NCBI GenBank assembly: GCA_043824835.1
Contig: JBDRSO010000100.1
Span: 3,311 to 67,310 of the forward strand
Reading direction: 5' to 3'
DNA: 64,000 bases
From: Pseudomonadota bacterium
GTDB taxonomy: Bacteria > Desulfobacterota > Desulfovibrionia > Desulfovibrionales > Desulfovibrionaceae
Shown here: one piece after another, positions 19,130 through 28,041 of the stretch
How the letters are laid out: each line of letters starts with the position of its first letter
How positions within the stretch are numbered: position 1 is the stretch's first letter
The notes under the pieces: model-generated
Told to the model about the DNA's origin: nothing
The model's database searches: none
Seen by the model: only the letters and a program-made list of their open reading frames with translations
Position numbers and translations under genes: made by a program

Positions 19130-19960
19130 TCAGGCGTAGGACTCCAGCACGCCCCGCAGGTCGTCTGCCGAGTAACGATGCTTTGCCAGCGGCCCGGGTG
19201 TGGCCAGCACCGGCCGCTCGCCGCGATAGAGCACGCCAAGGGGAATGCGCTCCCCGAACTCGTCGGCCAGGACCATGGCCGCGGCCCAGTCCGTGGGGTC
19301 GTGGTCCTCGATGACGCGGCAGCGCTCCTTGTACCAGCCAAAGGTGTTGACCTTGTTGAAGGAGACGCAGGGCTGGAAGATGTCCACCAGGGAGAACCCG
19401 GGATGGCTGACGGCCTGGACGATCATCTCCGTCAGGTGCTCGGGCTCGCCGGTGAAGGCGCGGGCCACGAACCCGGCTTTCATGGCCACGGCCACGGCCA
19501 CGGGGTTGAAGGCCTCGGAGGGCACGCCCTCGGGCTGAGTCTTGGTCACATGCCCGCGCTGGGTGGTAGGGCTGGCCTGCCCCTTGGTCAGCCCGTATAT
19601 TTGATTATCGTGGACCAGCAGGGTGATGTCCATGTTGCGCCTGATGGCGGCCAGGAAGTGGTTGCCGCCCTCGCCGTAGACACAGCCATCGCCCGACTCG
19701 CAGATGACGGTCATCTCCGGGTTGGCCATCTTCATGCCCTGGGCCACGGGCAGGGAGCGGCCATGCAGACCGTTGAACATGTGGCAGTGCATGGAGTGCG
19801 GGGCCTTGGCCGCCTGACCGATGCCGGACGAGACCATGACCCGGTGCGGGGGCAGATCAAGATGGACCAGCGCCTTCTTGAGGGATTCCAGCAGCGGGAA
19901 ATTGCCGCAACCGGGGCACCAGGAGGTCTCGAATTTGCCGTATTGTTCTATGGAGGTCAT
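19130..19960 (-). CDS. 2-oxoacid:ferredoxin oxidoreductase, beta (TPP-binding) subunit
   Basis: WCPGCGNF and GDGxxYGEGGNH TPP motifs. Trimmed to ATG 19960 (MTSIEQYG). The upstream part of the track ORF overlaps the alpha subunit gene. Confidence 0.9.
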   Translation of the reverse strand: MTSIEQYGKFETSWCPGCGNFPLLESLKKALVHLDLPPHRVMVSSGIGQAAKAPHSMHCHMFNGLHGRSLPVAQGMKMANPEMTVICESGDGCVYGEGGNHFLAAIRRNMDITLLVHDNQIYGLTKGQASPTTQRGHVTKTQPEGVPSEAFNPVAVAVAMKAGFVARAFTGEPEHLTEMIVQAVSHPGFSLVDIFQPCVSFNKVNTFGWYKERCRVIEDHDPTDWAAAMVLADEFGERIPLGVLYRGERPVLATPGPLAKHRYSADDLRGVLESYA

Positions 19961-19976
19961 GGGTGCGCTCCCTTTG

Positions 19977-21695
19977 CTAGATGATGCTTTCAAGTCCCTT
20001 GAGGACATACTGTGGGCTGAGCGGCCTGCCGTCGAAGCGCAAGACCGAGCCGGTGACGACAAAGCCCGTCTCCCGGGCCACCAGCCGGGCGAACTGGGCC
20101 GTGGCGTTGCCCTCCACGGCCACCACCTGCCCCGCTGATTCGAGGAAGTCCATGAACTGCTCCTCGCGCAGCGGATAGACCTGGCTAAAGTGGAGCACGG
20201 CCGTGCGGGCAAGGCCCTCCGCATTCAGGTTTTCGGCCGCCTCAAGACACGCGCCAAGAGACGAACCCCAGCACATGAGCACAAGGTCCGCGCCCTTGTC
20301 GCTCTCGACATGGCCAGAATATTCCGGGCCATAATATTCCGGGCCGATAACGTCCTGCATCAGGCCGTTGCCCTTGTCCAGCCGCTTGACGTTCTGGAGC
20401 ACGCGGTTGGCCGCGTTCTCGGTGATGCGGCCCTGCTCGTCGTGTTCGTGGGAGTCGGCCCGCACCAGCACCTCGGAAAAGCCGGGCACCACGCGCGGCG
20501 ACACGCCGTCGTCGGTCAGGGCGTAGCGGCTGTAGGGGGCCGGGGCGTCCAGCAGCGGCTGTGCTATCTCTGGCAGCCCGTCGAGGTCAAAGGGCGGCAC
20601 GGCCCGGTACGAATCGGCCAGGAACTGATCCGTGAGCACGAACATGGGCGTCTGATACTGCTCGGCCAGATCAAAGGCGCGATGGGTCAGGGAAAAGCAC
20701 TCCTCGATTGTGCCCGGGGCGAAGACAGCCCGGGGAAATTCACCATGCCCGGCATACAACACCAGATTCAGGTCCGCCTGCTCGGTGCGGGTGGCCATGC
20801 CCGTGGCCGGGCCGGGCCGCTGGGCCACCACGACCACCAGCGGCGTCTCAGAAACCCCGGCAAGGCTGACACCCTCGACCATGAGGGCGAACCCGCCGCC
20901 CGAGGTGGCCACCAGGGGCTTTGCTCCGGCATAGGACGCGCCGATAGCCATATTGATGGCCGCGATCTCGTCTTCGACCTGATCGTGGACCAGCCCGAGG
21001 GGGCTTCCCTTGGCGATGAGCGCGGTGGGCACGGTGGTGGCCGGGGTCATGGGATAAAAGGAGACGAAGTTGCACCCGGCGGCCAGCGCGCCCATGGCGA
21101 TGGCCTCGTTGCCGTTCAGCATCAACCGCCTGCCCGGATTCTCCTGGGGCGGCGCGATGCAGGAGAAGTCGAACTCCTGCTCCCTGACCCAGGCGTAGGC
21201 CTTGCGTACCACATCGATATTGGCCTGGACCACGGCATCGCCCTTTTTGCCAAAGGTCTGTCGCAGCAGGTCTTCGAGAATGGTCACATCACCGCACACG
21301 GCCGCGCCGAGCACGCCCAGGGCCACCACGTTATGAAACAGCGGCTTGGAAGCCAGTTCCTTGAAGGGCACGCGCAATGCGTTCAGCCCGGCGGAGTCGA
21401 TGGTGTCACCGACGATGACCACGGCACCGGGATTGAGTTGGTCCCGGTGCTCGTCGATGGTCCGCCCGTCCATGGCCACGAGCACATCGATCCCCTCGGC
21501 GATTGCCATCACCGGCTTGAGTCCCATGCGGATGGAGAAGAAATTGTGCCCGCCCCTGATGCGCGACATGTAGTCCTGATTGACCAGCAGATGGTACCCG
21601 GCGCGTGTGGCGGCGCGCGCCATGAGCCGGCCCATCGTGGCCAATCCCTGCCCGGCCTCGCCGCCGATGACAATATTGATGCTCGTGTCCGGCAT
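19977..21695 (-). CDS. 2-oxoacid:ferredoxin oxidoreductase, fused gamma/alpha subunit
   Basis: The N-terminus IVIGGEAGQGLATMG is POR-gamma-like and is followed by an alpha domain. Trimmed by codon count to MPDTSINIV. The stop lies 16 nt before the beta subunit start. Confidence 0.9.
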   Translation of the reverse strand: MPDTSINIVIGGEAGQGLATMGRLMARAATRAGYHLLVNQDYMSRIRGGHNFFSIRMGLKPVMAIAEGIDVLVAMDGRTIDEHRDQLNPGAVVIVGDTIDSAGLNALRVPFKELASKPLFHNVVALGVLGAAVCGDVTILEDLLRQTFGKKGDAVVQANIDVVRKAYAWVREQEFDFSCIAPPQENPGRRLMLNGNEAIAMGALAAGCNFVSFYPMTPATTVPTALIAKGSPLGLVHDQVEDEIAAINMAIGASYAGAKPLVATSGGGFALMVEGVSLAGVSETPLVVVVAQRPGPATGMATRTEQADLNLVLYAGHGEFPRAVFAPGTIEECFSLTHRAFDLAEQYQTPMFVLTDQFLADSYRAVPPFDLDGLPEIAQPLLDAPAPYSRYALTDDGVSPRVVPGFSEVLVRADSHEHDEQGRITENAANRVLQNVKRLDKGNGLMQDVIGPEYYGPEYSGHVESDKGADLVLMCWGSSLGACLEAAENLNAEGLARTAVLHFSQVYPLREEQFMDFLESAGQVVAVEGNATAQFARLVARETGFVVTGSVLRFDGRPLSPQYVLKGLESII

Positions 21696-21769
21696 GGCTG
21701 CCTCCAGTGGCTGTCCGTGAAAGAAAAAGGCCGGATGGATGCACCGTCCGGCCTTGTGATTCAAACCGT

Positions 21770-22276
21770 TTACGCGTTGGTCGGCGGCGTGAACACCCGG
21801 GTGCCCAGGTCGCGGTCGAGCATGAACAACCCGCCGCCGTCGCCCACCATTTTGAGCTTGCCCACAATGTCGCCCACCGAGTCCTCTTCCTCCACCTGCT
21901 CGGAGATGAACCACTGCAGGAAGATGCCCACGGCGTGGTTGCGCTCCTCGATGGCCAGATCGGCCAGGGCGTTGATGCGGGCGGTCACACCCTGCTCGTG
22001 CTCCAGGGCCTGCTCGAAGGCGACCAGGGGCGACTCCCACGAATAGGGCGGGGCCTCAATGGTGCCGAGCTTGGCTTGCCCGCCCGCCCCGTTGATGTAG
22101 TTGAAGAAGCGCATGGCGTGGAACATTTCCTCCTGGTACTGGGCGTTCATCCAGGTGGAAATCCCGGCCAGCCCGGCCCCGGCGAAATGAGAGGCCATGG
22201 AAAGGTAGATGTGGGCCGAATAAATCTCCCAGTTCATCTGGGCGTTGAGCGCGTCCTGCATTTTTTCGCTGAGCAT
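21770..22276 (-). CDS. ftn: Ferritin (non-heme, Ftn-type)
   Basis: 168 aa with ferroxidase-centre pattern NxQxNxExxSAxxYLSMA...EExxH...QWFxxEQxEE. Trimmed to MLSEKMQDALN. Confidence 0.88.
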   Translation of the reverse strand: MLSEKMQDALNAQMNWEIYSAHIYLSMASHFAGAGLAGISTWMNAQYQEEMFHAMRFFNYINGAGGQAKLGTIEAPPYSWESPLVAFEQALEHEQGVTARINALADLAIEERNHAVGIFLQWFISEQVEEEDSVGDIVGKLKMVGDGGGLFMLDRDLGTRVFTPPTNA

Positions 22277-22349
22277 GAAGACTCCCGTGCCTTGCGGCGG
22301 ATTGGTTGGTTGATCCGGCCCGTCTGACAACGGGCCTGGCATTGCTGCG

Positions 22350-22364
22350 TGACGTGATACGTCA
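22350..22364. promoter_or_regulatory. Perfect palindrome TGACGT-N3-ACGTCA upstream of ferritin (candidate operator)
   Basis: tgacgtgatacgtca, about 75-90 nt upstream of the ferritin start. A 7-bp hairpin at 22317-22336 lies between the site and the gene. Confidence 0.35.
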
Positions 22365-22422
22365 TCTAGCAATACACCACCTTTCTGGCCGGTTTGCAAG
22401 AGAATGCGAAGAAGTCGACGCG

Positions 22423-24633
22423 TCAGGTGAGGCTGGCCTGGGCGAACCTGTCGCGCAATCGGTGGGCGAGATTGGTATTGCGCTGCCCGGCCGTGGCGTT
22501 GTTCAGGCCGATCTGGAAGGCCCGCTCGCTGCCGATGAGCACGGCCAGCTCCCTGGCGCGGGTCAGCCCGGTGTAGAGCAGGTTGCGTTGTAGGAGCATG
22601 AAATGCTGGGTGACGATGGGCATGACCACGGCCCGGTACTCGCTGCCCTGGGCCTTGTGGACGCTCACGGCGTAGGCCAGCCCCAGTTCATCCAGCTCCG
22701 AGGTCTCGTAGTGGACATGGTTGCCGTCGAACTCCGCGAACAGCTCTTGGGCCTCGGTGTCCGCATCCACGATCCAGCCGAGGTCGCCGTTGAAAACTTC
22801 CTTGTCGTAGTTGTTCTTGAGCTGGATGACCCGATCGCCGACCCGGTAGGTGGCGAACTTGCGCTTGAGTTCGCGCACGTGCGGACCGGGCGGATTGAGC
22901 CGCTCCTGCAGGGCCGCATTGAGGGCCTGGGTACCCACCTCGCCCTTGTGCATGGGTGTCAGCACCTGGATGTCGCGCAGCGGGTCGAGGCCATAGCGCT
23001 CGGGGATGCGCTCGCAGACGCTGTCGAGGATGAGCCGCTGCACCTTGGCCGGGTCTTCCTGAGGTATCCAGAAAAAATCGGCCTGCGGAGCCTGACACGG
23101 GTGCTGCCTCGGGAACTGCCCGCTGTTGATGCGGTGGGCGTTGACCACGATGAAGCTCTCCTGGGCCTGCCGGAAGATGTGGGTCAGCACCGCGCAGGGC
23201 ACGCGCTCGGAGTTGATCAGGTCGGCCAGCACGTTGCCCGGGCCGACGCTGGGCAGTTGGTTGACGTCGCCCACCAGGATCAGGCGGCAGGTGTGCGGCA
23301 GGGAGCGCAGGATGGACACGAACAGGTGCGCGTCCACCATGCTCGCCTCGTCCACCACCAGCACGTCCGCCTTGAGCTTCTGGTCCTCGCAGTAGTGAAA
23401 CCCGCCGTCTGGTTGGTACTGAAGCAGGCGGTGGACTGTCAGGGCCGTGTGGCCCGTGGCCTCGGCCATGCGCTTGGCCGCGCGGCCCGTGGGCGCTGCC
23501 TGCTTGATCTTGAGGCCCAGCTCCTTGAGGGTCAGGGTGATGGCCTTGGTGATGGTGGTCTTACCCGTGCCCGGCCCGCCGGTGATGATGAAGACCTTGT
23601 TGCTGCACGCCTCGAAGACCGCCCTGCGCTGCTCGTCCGAGAGCCTGAAGCCGAGCCTGTCCTCCACCGTGGGCAGGGTCTTCTCGACCTTCTTGCGGCT
23701 CACGGGCGTGGGATGGCTGACAAGCTGGTGGAGCCGCTGGGCTATCTCGTTCTCGTAGTGATAGAAATGCATCAGGTAGACCGCGTCAGACACGCTCTGC
23801 CCGACCAGGGTCTCGATGCGCACCCGCTTCTTTTCCTCAAGCGAATACAGGGCCAGCTCCAGCCGGTCGAAGTCCGTGGTGTCCAGCATCCGGGCCACCT
23901 CCGCCAGCAGCGTGTCCCTGGGGATGAACAGGTGCCCGCCTCGCTCGCAGGAGGTAAACAGGGTGTAGGCGATGGCCGCCTCCAGCCGCTGGGCGCAGTC
24001 CGGGGCGAAGCCAAGCTTCATGGCCATCTGGTCTGCGGTGCGAAAGCCCACCCCGCGAATCTCGTAGGCCAGGTCGTATGGGTTGTCGCGCAGCTTGCGC
24101 TCTGCCTGGGCGCCGTGGAGGTGGAAGATCTTCCCGGCAAAGGTGGTGGGCACGCCGTGGGTCTGGAGGAAGACGAGCAGGTTCTTGATCTCGCGCTGGC
24201 GGCTCCAGGAGTCGATGATGTCCGTGAGCTTGTTCTTGGAGATGCCCTTGATGGTCAGGAGCTGCTCCGGGTCGTCGTCGAGCAGGTCCAGCACGGACAC
24301 GCCAAAGGCCTCCACCAGCCGTGTCGCGGTCTTCTCGCCCACGCCCTTGATGGAGGATTGCAGGAAGCGGATGACCCCGTTCTCTGTAGCGGGCCGGGCC
24401 TGCTCAAAGGTGCGCACCTCGAACTGCCGCCCGAACTTGGCATGCGTGGTCCAGACACCGTGCAGGTCCAGGGTGGACCCGGCGCTCAGCTCGCCCATGG
24501 TGCCCACGATGGAGAACTGGCCCGGCTCGTCGCGCATGCGGCAGCGGGCGATGGCGTAGCCGTTCTCCATGTTGTGGTAGACCACGGATTGCACCTCGGC
24601 ACCCGAGAGGAATGTCAGTTGGTCGTCGCTCAT
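22423..24633 (-). CDS. recD2: RecD2-type SF1B DNA helicase (RecD-like)
   Basis: N-terminal HhH region (GVGEKTATRLVEAFG), Walker A GGPGTGKTT, DEASMVD, and C-terminal helicase motifs (VHKAQGSE). Trimmed to MSDDQLTF, 17 nt after the recR stop. Confidence 0.88.
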   Translation of the reverse strand: MSDDQLTFLSGAEVQSVVYHNMENGYAIARCRMRDEPGQFSIVGTMGELSAGSTLDLHGVWTTHAKFGRQFEVRTFEQARPATENGVIRFLQSSIKGVGEKTATRLVEAFGVSVLDLLDDDPEQLLTIKGISKNKLTDIIDSWSRQREIKNLLVFLQTHGVPTTFAGKIFHLHGAQAERKLRDNPYDLAYEIRGVGFRTADQMAMKLGFAPDCAQRLEAAIAYTLFTSCERGGHLFIPRDTLLAEVARMLDTTDFDRLELALYSLEEKKRVRIETLVGQSVSDAVYLMHFYHYENEIAQRLHQLVSHPTPVSRKKVEKTLPTVEDRLGFRLSDEQRRAVFEACSNKVFIITGGPGTGKTTITKAITLTLKELGLKIKQAAPTGRAAKRMAEATGHTALTVHRLLQYQPDGGFHYCEDQKLKADVLVVDEASMVDAHLFVSILRSLPHTCRLILVGDVNQLPSVGPGNVLADLINSERVPCAVLTHIFRQAQESFIVVNAHRINSGQFPRQHPCQAPQADFFWIPQEDPAKVQRLILDSVCERIPERYGLDPLRDIQVLTPMHKGEVGTQALNAALQERLNPPGPHVRELKRKFATYRVGDRVIQLKNNYDKEVFNGDLGWIVDADTEAQELFAEFDGNHVHYETSELDELGLAYAVSVHKAQGSEYRAVVMPIVTQHFMLLQRNLLYTGLTRARELAVLIGSERAFQIGLNNATAGQRNTNLAHRLRDRFAQASLT

Positions 24634-24649
24634 GGCCGCTGCCCGCCGC

Positions 24650-25255
24650 TCACACTTTCTGCCTGTGGACCAGGGATTGCCTGAGCGTCTCCCGGTCCAT
24701 GAACTTGACCTCGCCGCCCATGGGGATGCCCTGGGCCAGACGGCTGACACTGACGCCGGAAAACTCCGCCTCGACAATGTTCTTGATGAACGAGGCCGTG
24801 GCCTCGGCGTCCAGCGTCGCGCCCAGAGCCAGGATGAGTTCACGCACATGCCCGCTACGCAGGTGGCGGCGCAGCCGGTCGGTCTCCAGATTGGCCGGGG
24901 ACACGCCATCCAGCGGTGAGAGCAGACCGCCCAGGACCAGATAGCGACCCCGGTACACACCCATATCCTCCATGGCCAGCAGCGCGTCCCACTCGGGCAC
25001 CACGCAGAGCTGGTCCGCCTCGCGGCCCGGGTCCGCACAGATGGCGCAGGGGCTGGCCTCGGCCAGACAGGCGCACTCCTCGCACAGACACAGGTTCTCG
25101 CGCAGGTCGAGGATGGACCGGCCCACGCCGTTGGCCCGCTCGCGCGGCATCTTGAGCAGGGTCAGCGCAATGCGCAGGGCCGATTTCGGACCGACCCCGG
25201 GGAGGCTTGAGAGCTGCTCCACCACCTCCCTGAGGGGACCGGGAATATTCTGCAA
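24650..25255 (-). CDS. recR: Recombination protein RecR
   Basis: HhH motif LPGVGPKSA, zinc finger C-x2-C-x-C...CxxC and a Toprim domain. Confidence 0.93.
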   Translation of the reverse strand: MQNIPGPLREVVEQLSSLPGVGPKSALRIALTLLKMPRERANGVGRSILDLRENLCLCEECACLAEASPCAICADPGREADQLCVVPEWDALLAMEDMGVYRGRYLVLGGLLSPLDGVSPANLETDRLRRHLRSGHVRELILALGATLDAEATASFIKNIVEAEFSGVSVSRLAQGIPMGGEVKFMDRETLRQSLVHRQKV

Positions 25256-25410
25256 CGATGTCTCTCCTCGTGTGATATCAGCACGATACGCAAAGCCATA
25301 CCGTACGGAAGACCGCTACGCCGCCGGTGACGGCGAGCTAGGCATTGGCTAGGCTGACGTGTCGCGTGTGAAGGTCGCGAAATAAAGCAACACTCTCTGT
25401 GGACGCGACG

Positions 25411-25722
25411 CTAGAACATCCCGGGGATGTTCAGCCCGCCGGTCACGGTCGAGAGTTCCTTCTCCATGAGTTCCTTGGATTTCTTGAGTGCCTCGTTGGC
25501 CGCGGTCAAGACAAGGTCCTGGAGCATTTCCACGTCTCCGGCCTCGACCACGCTCGGCTCGATGGACACCCCGACCAGTTCCTGGCCGCCGGTGACCGTC
25601 ACCGTGACCATGCCGCCGCCGCTTGACGCCTCCACGGTCATGGACTTGAGCTGCTCCTGCTTCTCGCTCATCTTGCGCTGCATGATCTGCGCCTGACGAA
25701 TCATCTCGTTCATGTTTTTCAT
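25411..25722 (-). CDS. ybaB: YbaB/EbfC nucleoid-associated protein
   Basis: 103 aa with MxxMMxQAQxMQxKM ... GGGMVTVTVTG ... pattern. Confidence 0.92.
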   Translation of the reverse strand: MKNMNEMIRQAQIMQRKMSEKQEQLKSMTVEASSGGGMVTVTVTGGQELVGVSIEPSVVEAGDVEMLQDLVLTAANEALKKSKELMEKELSTVTGGLNIPGMF

Positions 25723-25768
25723 GGAATTCTCCGTTGTGTCTGAATGGGGGTTGCCCGATGCGTGTCGA

Positions 25769-27922
25769 TCACTGCCTGCGGTGGCCCACCGAGAGCATCT
25801 GCGCGCTGAAGGTTTCCATCACCTTGAGCACGCCCGGATGGTTCTCGGCCTCCTCCTGAAGCTGCCTGTCCGTCTTGGGGACGGCAATATCGCCTGTTTC
25901 GACGCGAACTTCAACCTCGGGGCCGAAATATTCCCCGGCAAGGTTCGCCAGAGATGAAAACGTCGCATTGTCAGAGAGTTGCGAACAATGCATCCGCGAT
26001 TTGCAGCGGATGACCAACCCAGTCTCGTCCACCCGGCCCTCGGTCAGGCGGAGCATGGCCACCCGCACCCCGGCCTGTCCGTTGCGCTCGGCAACAAAGT
26101 CGAGGAACCCGTTCCAGTCGCGCGGCCCGGCCAGTCGCGAGGGGACCGGTCGTGATGGAGCCGGTCGGGACGGGGGGACTTCCACCCGGGATGGCTCAGG
26201 CGCGGACGGCGATGGCGTGTGGGCCGGGCCAGGGGCCGCATCCCACTGGTCATTGCCGGACCCAGAGGCCGTGGCCTCGGGCGGGCAATCCCGGTCATCG
26301 GGCGGCCCGTCGTCGTATGACGGCGGCACCTGCTCGGGCTTCCCGGGTGACACTGCGGCCATGGCCGATGGGGCGGCTTGCGGGGTGACCAGTGACGCGG
26401 CCAGCGGAGCGGCCAGCGGAGCGGCCAGCGGAGAGGCCAGTTGAGAGGTCGGTTGAGAAGTCGGTTGAGAAGTCAGTGGAACAGATGTCGCCGGGACTGC
26501 GACCGGGGGAGTGCCGGGGCCGTGTTGTGAATCGACAGGACCGGCGGACGGCTCCCCTGCGGAGGCATCCGGGTCACTCCTCTGCCCTCCCCCGCCAGGA
26601 GCCCGGCCCTGGGGCGCGGACGGCGCAGGGCGCGTGGGCACTGCCTGAGAGGGCATCTGGGTCGGGGAAGCCTGGGACGGGGGCGCTTGCCGGGGGGGGG
26701 CGAAACGCTGCCCCGGGCCAGAAGAGCCGGATGGCGGCGGGCCTGATCCGGGAGCGCGGCGCGGCGGTGTACCCTGGCCGGGGGTGCCCCCCTGCGTCGC
26801 CGGGCCGGTCATGGCCTCAAGGTCGATCAGGTCGGGCAGGCTGGCCTGATTGAGCAGCAGCAGCTCCAGCGCCAGGGCGGGTTCAAGGCTGGTCATGACC
26901 TTTCGCTGGCCGTCCAGGGTCATCTGCCAGCAGGCGTGGATGTGGGCGGGCGAGAACTTCCCGGCCCAGTCCATCCAGGCCCGGCTCTCGTCGTCCGAGA
27001 GTCCGAGCAATGGCAGCGCATCCGGCCCGGCCTGCCGCAGCAGGAACATGTTGCGCCAGCAGGTGGTCAACTCGCGCAGGAAGAAACCGAGATCGAGGCC
27101 CTGGTCGAGCACTTGACGCAGAACCATGCCCACGGCCACGAGATCGCGCGAGTGCATGGCCTCCAAGAGCCGGAAGAAGACGTCCTGCCCGGCAAGGCCA
27201 AGGAAGCCGCGCACACTCTCCTCGCGCAGCACCTCTTCGCCCATGGCCAGGGCCTGGCCGAGCAGCGACATGGAGTCGCGCACACTGCCCGCGCCGCGCT
27301 TGGCGATAATCTGGAGGGCGCCCGGCTCGTATTGCAGCGCCTCGGCATTCATGATTTTTTCCAGATGGTCCACCAGCCCCTGCTGGGAGAGCATCTTGAA
27401 GGTGTAGTGCTGGCAGCGGCTGATGATGGTGGCCGGAAACTTGTGCGGCTCGGTGGTGGCCAGGACAAAGGTGGCGCGCGACGGCGGCTCCTCAAGGGTC
27501 TTGAGCAGCGCGTTGAACGCCTCCTTGGTCAGCATGTGCGCCTCGTCGATGATGAAGACCTTATAGCGGCACTCCACCGGCGCGTAGCCGATGTCTTCCT
27601 TGAGGCGGCGGGCGTCGTCGATGCCCCGGTTGGACGCGCCGTCGATCTCGATGACGTCCACGGCCACTCCGGCGGTGATCTGCTTGCAGTTCGAGCACTG
27701 GTTGCACGGCTCGGCCGTGGGCGCGTTGACGCAGTTGAGCGCCTTGGCAAAAATGCGGGCGATGGTGGTCTTGCCCACCCCGCGCGTGCCAGAAAAGAGA
27801 TAGGCCGGGGCGATGCGGTCCTGCCCGGCGGCCCTGGACAGGATGGCCTTGATGGCCTCCTGACCGGCCACATCGGCAAAGGTCTGGGGGCGGTACTTGG
27901 CGGTGAGATTCGATGTGCTCAT
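25769..27922 (-). CDS. dnaX: DNA polymerase III subunit gamma/tau
   Basis: Walker A GTRGVGKTT, zinc module CNQCSNC, and SRC motif (ATIISRCQ). A long Pro/Ser/Ala-rich linker precedes the C-terminal tau domain. Confidence 0.93.
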   Translation of the reverse strand: MSTSNLTAKYRPQTFADVAGQEAIKAILSRAAGQDRIAPAYLFSGTRGVGKTTIARIFAKALNCVNAPTAEPCNQCSNCKQITAGVAVDVIEIDGASNRGIDDARRLKEDIGYAPVECRYKVFIIDEAHMLTKEAFNALLKTLEEPPSRATFVLATTEPHKFPATIISRCQHYTFKMLSQQGLVDHLEKIMNAEALQYEPGALQIIAKRGAGSVRDSMSLLGQALAMGEEVLREESVRGFLGLAGQDVFFRLLEAMHSRDLVAVGMVLRQVLDQGLDLGFFLRELTTCWRNMFLLRQAGPDALPLLGLSDDESRAWMDWAGKFSPAHIHACWQMTLDGQRKVMTSLEPALALELLLLNQASLPDLIDLEAMTGPATQGGTPGQGTPPRRAPGSGPPPSGSSGPGQRFAPPRQAPPSQASPTQMPSQAVPTRPAPSAPQGRAPGGGGQRSDPDASAGEPSAGPVDSQHGPGTPPVAVPATSVPLTSQPTSQPTSQLASPLAAPLAAPLAASLVTPQAAPSAMAAVSPGKPEQVPPSYDDGPPDDRDCPPEATASGSGNDQWDAAPGPAHTPSPSAPEPSRVEVPPSRPAPSRPVPSRLAGPRDWNGFLDFVAERNGQAGVRVAMLRLTEGRVDETGLVIRCKSRMHCSQLSDNATFSSLANLAGEYFGPEVEVRVETGDIAVPKTDRQLQEEAENHPGVLKVMETFSAQMLSVGHRRQ
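26397..26480. repeat. Coding 12-nt tandem repeat (about 7 units) in the dnaX linker
   Basis: gcggccagcgga x3 degenerating to ga(a/g)gtcggttga x3. It encodes PTSQPTSQPTSQLASPLAAPLAAPLAA. Confidence 0.85.
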
Positions 27923-27978
27923 GAGCCTGCCTGATGCTTGTGCGCGGCTGCGAAGTCCCGGAAATGCGCATGAAATGA

Positions 27979-28009
27979 GGGAAACCCGACCAGTCGCGCC
28001 GGATTTCCC
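27979..28009 (-). terminator. ilvE terminator hairpin
   Basis: 12-bp stem with two G-U pairs: gggaaacccgac / gccggatttccc. On the minus strand it is followed by TCATTTCAT. Confidence 0.6.
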
Positions 28010-28041
28010 CCTTGTCTAGCAGATGACGGGCCGACTTGCCA

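Noticed and set aside
18359-24684. Very long plus-strand ORFs (18359-19984, 20190-22046, 22603-24684) antisense to ettA, OFOR, ferritin and recD2
   Set aside because: They have no recognisable motifs and Gly/His/Arg/Asp/Val-rich composition. Each mirrors a well-supported gene on the other strand. The same applies to 7297-8391, 9633-10907, 36100-37296, 39387-40823, 55221-56657 and 58544-59746.
26397-26480. Tandem 12-nt repeats considered as a CRISPR or other non-coding array
   Set aside because: There are no spacers. The units are contiguous, in frame and inside dnaX. The tolA repeats at 50471-50560 are likewise coding low-complexity sequence.
27351-27366. A-run (GAA AAA ATC) in dnaX as a possible programmed frameshift site producing gamma
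   Set aside because: It is not an X XXY YYZ heptamer. It lies at about codon 190, inside the ATPase module and far upstream of where gamma is truncated in E. coli. No downstream stem-loop was noted.
27923-28041. Possible SRP (4.5S/ffs) RNA upstream of dnaX, prompted by a GCAGATGACG-like string
   Set aside because: Neither strand contains the domain IV core (GGAA tetraloop with the flanking AGCA/GGAA symmetric loop sequence). The main structure is better explained as the ilvE terminator.
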